Shown here: one piece after another, positions 57,348 through 64,000 of the stretch
Layout of the letters: each line of letters begins with the position of its first letter
Numbering within the stretch: the stretch's first letter is position 1
Assembly: GCA_965644315.1 (NCBI GenBank)
Contig: CBFFRQ010000093.1
Span: 205,627 to 269,626 of the forward strand
Reading direction: 5' to 3'
Origin: Caecitellus pseudoparvulus
Taxonomy: Eukaryota > Protista > Bigyra: Bicosoecida
DNA length: 64,000 nucleotides
Position numbers and translations under genes: made by a program
Notes under the pieces: model-generated
Database searches by the model: none
Seen by the model: only the letters and a program-made list of their open reading frames with translations
What the model was told of the DNA's origin: nothing

Positions 57348-60300
57348 ATGCAGTCAATGTTGTGCACGAATGTGCGGCTGGAAGCATACGAGAGAATGCA
57401 AGAGAAAGGAACTCCAGGCCCCTCAGCGGTGCCCAGGGACTCTTTCAATTCGCGCTATCGAAGCGCAAGCGGAACTCGCTTTGGGCGCGAAGCGCTCGGC
57501 TCTCGCACCTCTCACAGTGTGTGCAGCAGCTCCTCTGCGGCCGCTCCGACGGCAACAAGCACCAGTCAAAAGCAACCTGACGCAGGTCTAGTGGCACCTT
57601 TTTCCACGAAAGTTCGTGTACGGCTCGCTGATGGTGCAAACTTGAAGACCCCACCTGTGGCATGGCCTGCCGAGGATCATGCGCCCATGTCAGGGCCAGA
57701 CGGAAGGCTCAACAGTGAGTCCGGTGTTGGGCCTCACCTTGGCCTTCTTGGCGCAGCGCGATTTCAGCACCAAGAGCATGCTTGCACTTTCGTTCGGCAC
57801 TTCCATAGGCCCTGCAAAGCACCGCTGTTGATCATTCTCACGACCCCCTCATATTCCGCAGGCGCGAGGGACCCAAGCACAGGAAGGGAAAGCCATGCCC
57901 GGCCGAACAGCACACAGTCCTCCAGGACTGGATCCCGGGCATCCTTGCTGTAAGTTTTACTTTGCTTGATGTCATGAGCTGGTCGCGCACCTTCAGCCTG
58001 ATCCGACTCAACTCAGGTCGGCACGACGACCCTCATCTGCGCGGACCACGCGAGGACAACTGCGAAGTCGAAGCAGGGGGCGTTGGATTCGTGGGCAACC
58101 AGGCCCTGAAGGCCGCTTCATTGCTCGTGAGTTCGCTGCATGACCATCACAACCGTAGCCAGGCAAGTTCTGTCGCTTCCCTTGCAGACTCCGGGATCGG
58201 CCGGCAGCACCTTTCAACGAAGCCCACTGCTCGATCAGTTGGGTTCGGGACAAGCTCCAGAAGCACATTCAAGACACCTGGAGCAAGCTTGTGGTCTTCA
58301 ACGTCATACAGCAAGCGTAACTGTCTGAATATATGCCATTTCGCTCATAAACTTGCGTTTGAGTGCGCCCTGCCACTGGCCCACTGCACAGATTCAATCG
58401 CAAGCAAGAGCAATCGGTCTCAGAGCGCCGGTCCCCGATTTGGAACTGGGCCAAGGACTGAAGGGTCCCAGCATCGTTCAGGCCCTGGACCTGCTGCATA
58501 CGGGCAGCCACCGGCAGCACGCATCGTCGGGGGATACATGGCCCTCAAGTATCCGAACAAGGTTCAACGGACACCGGACGTGGACTTTCCAAGTAAGCTC
58601 CCTGGAGCCTTCGACGGCAAACGAGGACCATCAATGGGTAGCGCAGACAGATTCTCTACTCAGGCCAAATCCCATACTCCACAGGCGGGATTCTATAACC
58701 CAACGCAGACAAAGCGCACACCTGGTGGCGTGATGGGGGCCCGGGCACCTGAGCGGTCTGGCGCCTCGGACACGCCAGGGCCAGGGGCGTACAGCGTCGT
58801 GTCGCCAGCTGGCAAGGGCGTGAGCATGGGCGCGCGTCTGCCTGAGCGGGCGGCCGAGGCGACGCCTGGCCCCAGCGTCGTGCACGAGTCACGGCATGTG
58901 CGCGGTGGCGTGATGGGGGCCCGGGCACCTGAGCGGTCGGCCGCCTCGGACACGCCAGGGCCAGGGGCGTACAGCGTCGTGTCGCCAGCTGGCAAGGGCG
59001 TGAGCATGGGCGCGCGTCTGCCTGAGCGGGCGGCCGAGGCGACGCCTGGCCCCAGCGTCGTGCACGAGTCACGGCATGTGCGCGGTGGCGTGATGGGGGC
59101 CCGGGCACCTGAGCGGTCGGCCGCCTCGGACACGCCAGGGCCAGGGGCGTACAGCGTCGTGTCGCCAGCTGGCAAGGGCGTGAGCATGGGCGCGCGTCTG
59201 CCTGAGCGGGCGGCCGAGGCGACGCCTGGCCCCAGCGTCGTGCACGAGTCACGGCATGTGCCTGGTGGCGTGATGGGGGCCCGGGCACCTGAGCGGTCTG
59301 GCGCCTCGGACACGCCAGGGCCAGGGGCGTACAGCGTCGTGTCGCCAGCTGGCAAGGGCGTGAGCATGGGCGCGCGTCTGCCTGAGCGGGCGGCCGAGGC
59401 GACGCCTGGCCCCAGCGTCGTGCACGAGTCACGGCATGTGCGCGGTGGCGTGATGGGGGCCCGGGCACCTGAGCGGTCTGGCGCCTCGGACACGCCAGGG
59501 CCAGGGGCGTACAGCGTCGTGTCGCCAGCTGGCAAGGGCGTGAGCATGGGCGCGCGTCTGCCTGAGCGGGCGGCCGAGGCGACGCCTGGCCCCAGCGTCG
59601 TGCACGAGTCACGGCATGTGCGCGGTGGCGTGATGGGGGCCCGGGCACCTGAGCGGTCTGGCGCCTCGGACACGCCAGGGCCAGGGGCGTACAGCGTCGT
59701 GTCGCCAGCTGGCAAGGGCGTGAGCATGGGCGCGCGTCTGCCTGAGCGGGCGGCCGAGGCGACGCCTGGCCCCAGCGTCGTGCACGAGTCACGGCATGTG
59801 CGCGGTGGCGTGATGGGGGCCCGGGCACCTGAGCGGTCGGGCGCCTCGGACACGCCAGGGCCAGGGGCGTACAGCGTCGTGTCGCCAGCTGGCAAGGGCG
59901 TGAGCATGGGCGCGCGTCTGCCTGAGCGGGCGGCCGAGGCGACGCCTGGCCCCAGCGTCGTGCACGAGTCACGGCATGTGCGCGGTGGCGTGATGGGGGC
60001 CCGGGCACCTGAGCGGTCGGGCGCCTCGGACACGCCAGGGCCAGGGGCGTACAGCGTCGTGTCGCCAGCTGGCAAGGGCGTGAGCATGGGCGCGCGTCTG
60101 CCTGAGCGGGCGGCCGAGGCGACGCCTGGCCCCAGCGTCGTGCACGAGTCACGGCATGTGCCTGGTGGCGTGATGGGGGCCCGGGCACCTGAGCGGTCGG
60201 GCGCCTCGGACACGCCAGGGCCAGGGGCGTACAGCGTCGTGTCGCCAGCTGGCAAGGGCGTGAGCATGGGCGCGCGTCTGCCTGAGCGGGCGGCCGAGGC

Positions 60301-63300
60301 GACGCCTGGCCCCAGCGTCGTGCACGAGTCACGGCATGTGCGCGGTGGCGTGATGGGGGCCCGGGCACCTGAGCGGTCGGGCGCCTCGGACACGCCAGGG
60401 CCAGGGGCGTACAGCGTCGTGTCGCCAGCTGGCAAGGGCGTGAGCATGGGCGCGCGTCTGCCTGAGCGGGCGGCCGAGGCGACGCCTGGCCCCAGCGTCG
60501 TGCACGAGTCACGGCATGTGCGCGGTGGCGTGATGGGGGCCCGGGCACCTGAGCGGTCTGGCGCCTCGGACACGCCAGGGCCAGGGGCGTACAGCGTCGT
60601 GTCGCCAGCTGGCAAGGGCGTGAGCATGGGCGCGCGTCTGCCTGAGCGGGCGGCCGAGGCGACGCCTGGCCCCAGCGTCGTGCACGAGTCACGGCATGTG
60701 CGCGGTGGCGTGATGGGGGCCCGGGCACCTGAGCGGTCGGGCGCCTCGGACACGCCAGGGCCAGGGGCGTACAGCGTCGTGTCGCCAGCTGGCAAGGGCG
60801 TGAGCATGGGCGCGCGTCTGCCTGAGCGGGCGGCCGAGGCGACGCCTGGCCCCAGCGTCGTGCACGAGTCACGGCATGTGCGCGGTGGCGTGATGGGGGC
60901 CCGGGCACCTGAGCGGTCTGGCGCCTCGGACACGCCAGGGCCAGGGGCGTACAGCGTCGTGTCGCCAGCTGGCAAGGGCGTGAGCATGGGCGCGCGTCTG
61001 CCTGAGCGGGCGGCCGAGGCGACGCCTGGCCCCAGCGTCGTGCACGAGTCACGGCATGTGCGCGGTGGCGTGATGGGGGCCCGGGCACCTGAGCGGTCGG
61101 GCGCCTCGGACACGCCAGGGCCAGGGGCGTACAGCGTCGTGTCGCCAGCTGGCAAGGGCGTGAGCATGGGCGCGCGTCTGCCTGAGCGGGCGGCCGAGGC
61201 GACGCCTGGCCCCAGCGTCGTGCACGAGTCACGGCATGTGCGCGGTGGCGTGATGGGGGCCCGGGCACCTGAGCGGTCGGGCGCCTCGGACACGCCAGGG
61301 CCAGGGGCGTACAGCGTCGTGTCGCCAGCTGGCAAGGGCGTGAGCATGGGCGCGCGTCTGCCTGAGCGGGCGGCCGAGGCGACGCCTGGCCCCAGCGTCG
61401 TGCACGAGTCACGGCATGTGCGTGGTGGCGTGATGGGGGCCCGGGCACCTGAGCGGTCGGGCGCCTCGGACACGCCAGGGCCAGGGGCGTACAGCGTCGT
61501 GTCGCCAGCTGGCAAGGGCGTGAGCATGGGCGCGCGTCTGCCTGAGCGGGCGGCCGAGGCGACGCCTGGCCCCAGCGTCGTGCACGAGTCACGGCATGTG
61601 CCTGGTGGCGTGATGGGGGCCCGGGCACCTGAGCGGTCGGGCGCCTCGGACACGCCAGGGCCAGGGGCGTACAGCGTCGTGTCGCCAGCTGGCAAGGGCG
61701 TGAGCATGGGCGCGCGTCTGCCTGAGCGGGCGGCCGAGGCGACGCCTGGCCCCAGCGTCGTGCACGAGTCACGGCATGTGCGCGGTGGCGTGATGGGGGC
61801 CCGGGCACCTGAGCGGTCGGGCGCCTCGGACACGCCAGGGCCAGGGGCGTACAGCGTCGTGTCGCCAGCTGGCAAGGGCGTGAGCATGGGCGCGCGTCTG
61901 CCTGAGCGGGCGGCCGAGGCGACGCCTGGCCCCAGCGTCGTGCACGAGTCACGGCATGTGCGCGGTGGCGTGATGGGGGCCCGGGCACCTGAGCGGTCGG
62001 GCGCCTCGGACACGCCAGGGCCAGGGGCGTACAGCGTCGTGTCGCCAGCTGGCAAGGGCGTGAGCATGGGCGCGCGTCTGCCTGAGCGGGCGGCCGAGGC
62101 GACGCCTGGCCCCAGCGTCGTGCACGAGTCACGGCATGTGCGCGGTGGCGTGATGGGGGCCCGGGCACCTGAGCGGTCGGGCGCCTCGGACACGCCAGGG
62201 CCAGGGGCGTACAGCGTCGTGTCGCCAGCTGGCAAGGGCGTGAGCATGGGCGCGCGTCTGCCTGAGCGGGCGGCCGAGGCGACGCCTGGCCCCAGCGTCG
62301 TGCACGAGTCACGGCATGTGCCTGGTGGCGTGATGGGGGCCCGGGCACCTGAGCGGTCTGGCGCCTCGGACACGCCAGGGCCAGGGGCGTACAGCGTCGT
62401 GTCGCCAGCTGGCAAGGGCGTGAGCATGGGCGCGCGTCTGCCTGAGCGGGCGGCCGAGGCGACGCCTGGCCCCAGCGTCGTGCACGAGTCACGGCATGTG
62501 CCTGGTGGCGTGATGGGGGCCCGGGCACCTGAGCGGTCTGGCGCCTCGGACACGCCAGGGCCAGGGGCGTACAGCGTCGTGTCGCCAGCTGGCAAGGGCG
62601 TGAGCATGGGCGCGCGTCTGCCTGAGCGGGCGGCCGAGGCGACGCCTGGCCCCAGCGTCGTGCACGAGTCACGGCATGTGCCTGGTGGCGTGATGGGGGC
62701 CCGGGCACCTGAGCGGTCTGGCGCCTCGGACACGCCAGGGCCAGGGGCGTACAGCGTCGTGTCGCCAGCTGGCAAGGGCGTGAGCATGGGCGCGCGTCTG
62801 CCTGAGCGGGCGGCCGAGGCGACGCCTGGCCCCAGCGTCGTGCACGAGTCACGGCATGTGCCTGGTGGCGTGATGGGGGCCCGGGCACCTGAGCGGTCTG
62901 CCGCCTCGGACACGCCAGGGCCAGGGGCGTACAGCGTCGTGTCGCCAGCTGGCAAGGGCGTGAGCATGGGCGCGCGTCTGCCTGAGCGGGCGGCCGAGGC
63001 GACGCCTGGCCCCAGCGTCGTGCACGAGTCACGGCATGTGCCTGGTGGCGTGATGGGGGCCCGGGCACCTGAGCGGTCTGGCGCCTCGGACACGCCAGGG
63101 CCAGGGGCGTACAGCGTCGTGTCGCCAGCTGGCAAGGGCGTGAGCATGGGCGCGCGTCTGCCTGAGCGGGCGGCCGAGGCGACGCCTGGCCCCAGCGTCG
63201 TGCACGAGTCACGGCATGTGCCTGGTGGCGTGATGGGGGCCCGGGCACCTGAGCGGTCTGGCGCCTCGGACACGCCAGGGCCAGGGGCGTACAGCGTCGT

Positions 63301-64000
63301 GTCGCCAGCTGGCAAGGGCGTGAGCATGGGCGCGCGTCTGCCTGAGCGGGCGGCCGAGGCGACGCCTGGCCCCAGCGTCGTGCACGAGTCACGGCATGTG
63401 CCTGGTGGCGTGATGGGGGCCCGGGCACCTGAGCGGTCTGGCGCCTCGGACACGCCAGGGCCAGGGGCGTACAGCGTCGTGTCGCCAGCTGGCAAGGGCG
63501 TGAGCATGGGCGCGCGTCTGCCTGAGCGGGCGGCCGAGGCGACGCCTGGCCCCAGCGTCGTGCACGAGTCACGGCATGTGCCTGGTGGCGTGATGGGGGC
63601 CCGGGCACCTGAGCGGTCTGCCGCCTCGGACACGCCAGGGCCAGGGGCGTACAGCGTCGTGTCGCCAGCTGGCAAGGGCGTGAGCATGGGCGCGCGTCTG
63701 CCTGAGCGGGCGGCCGAGGCGACGCCTGGCCCCAGCGTCGTGCACGAGTCACGGCATGTGCCTGGTGGCGTGATGGGGGCCCGGGCACCTGAGCGGTCTG
63801 GCGCCTCGGACACGCCAGGGCCAGGGGCGTACAGCGTCGTGTCGCCAGCTGGCAAGGGCGTGAGCATGGGCGCGCGTCTGCCTGAGCGGGCGGCCGAGGC
63901 GACGCCTGGCCCCAGCGTCGTGCACGAGTCACGGCATGTGCCTGGTGGCCTGATTGGAAGTCGTTTGTCCCTTGGCGGCATCCACGATGGTGCAAGCGGT
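57348..64000 (+). CDS. SHIPPO/ODF3-like PG-rich repeat protein B (3'-truncated by the window; only its first exon region appears in the ORF track)
   Basis: N-terminus MQSMLCTNVRLEAYERMQEKGTPGP aligns with gene A MDPRLCTSLRQRTLERMREEVSPGP. Exon GARDPSTGRE parallels GGRNPTTARD, and SGIGRQHLSTKPTA parallels DSVGRQVLSTRPTA. The last exon, from about 58392, is open through the 180-bp array to the window end. Confidence 0.78.
58721..63949 (+). repeat. Coding tandem array, 180-bp unit x 29
   Basis: + strand unit (P/R)GGVMGARAPERS(G/A)ASDTPGPGAYSVVSPAGKGVSMGARLPERAAEATPGPSVVHESRHV. Lines repeat every three 60-nt rows. Variation is confined to about 4 nucleotides per unit. Confidence 0.98.

Noticed and set aside
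50250-63949. CRISPR array or non-coding (centromeric) satellite interpretation of the tandem arrays
   Set aside because: There are no unique spacers and no cas genes. Unit lengths are multiples of 3 with no indels, and the frames continue into unique coding flanks. The 180-bp size resembling centromeric satellites is probably coincidental.
58656-63995. 1779-aa and 1762-aa minus-strand ORFs over the 180-bp array
   Set aside because: A GC-rich unit lacking a stop in a given frame stays open in every copy. The + strand frame carries the PGPGAY motifs and connects to exons paralogous to gene A.

Overview
GC-rich, very compact eukaryotic genomic DNA with short GT-AG introns (donors mostly GTGCG/GTGAG), intergenic gaps of about 40-850 bp and many head-to-head gene pairs. 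It probably comes from a flagellated protist. A stramenopile is suggested only by inference from the H3 '[16 protein letters not shown]...GERS' signature and the gene content. About 24 protein genes can be supported: AP-2 mu, myotubularin, a myristoylatable PH-less AGC kinase, Fcf2, USP39/Sad1, PRL phosphatase, a huge LRR plus low-complexity protein, an orphan, a GT47 exostosin, a two-pore channel, a degenerate PAP2 protein, NO66/RIOX1, a single-domain voltage-gated cation channel (TLEDW filter), a GNL1-type GTPase, two CaaX-tailed tandem-TerD paralogs flanking a RecQ helicase, histone H3 with a 3' stem-loop, YdjC, pyruvate carboxylase, a PLP-aminotransferase-DapB fusion, IPK1, and two paralogous SHIPPO/ODF3-like (PGPGxY) genes. 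The SHIPPO genes carry independently expanded coding tandem arrays (291 bp x ~13 and 180 bp x 29), and the second gene runs off the window end and its repeat-bearing exon is absent from the ORF track. The strongest leads are the aminotransferase-DapB fusion sitting head-to-head with pyruvate carboxylase (a possible non-canonical DAP-lysine module), the twin giant PG-rich repeat genes with 3-mer versus 2-mer higher-order repeats, the prenylated TerD duplicates homogenised around RecQ, and the bacterial-Nav-like single-domain channel.
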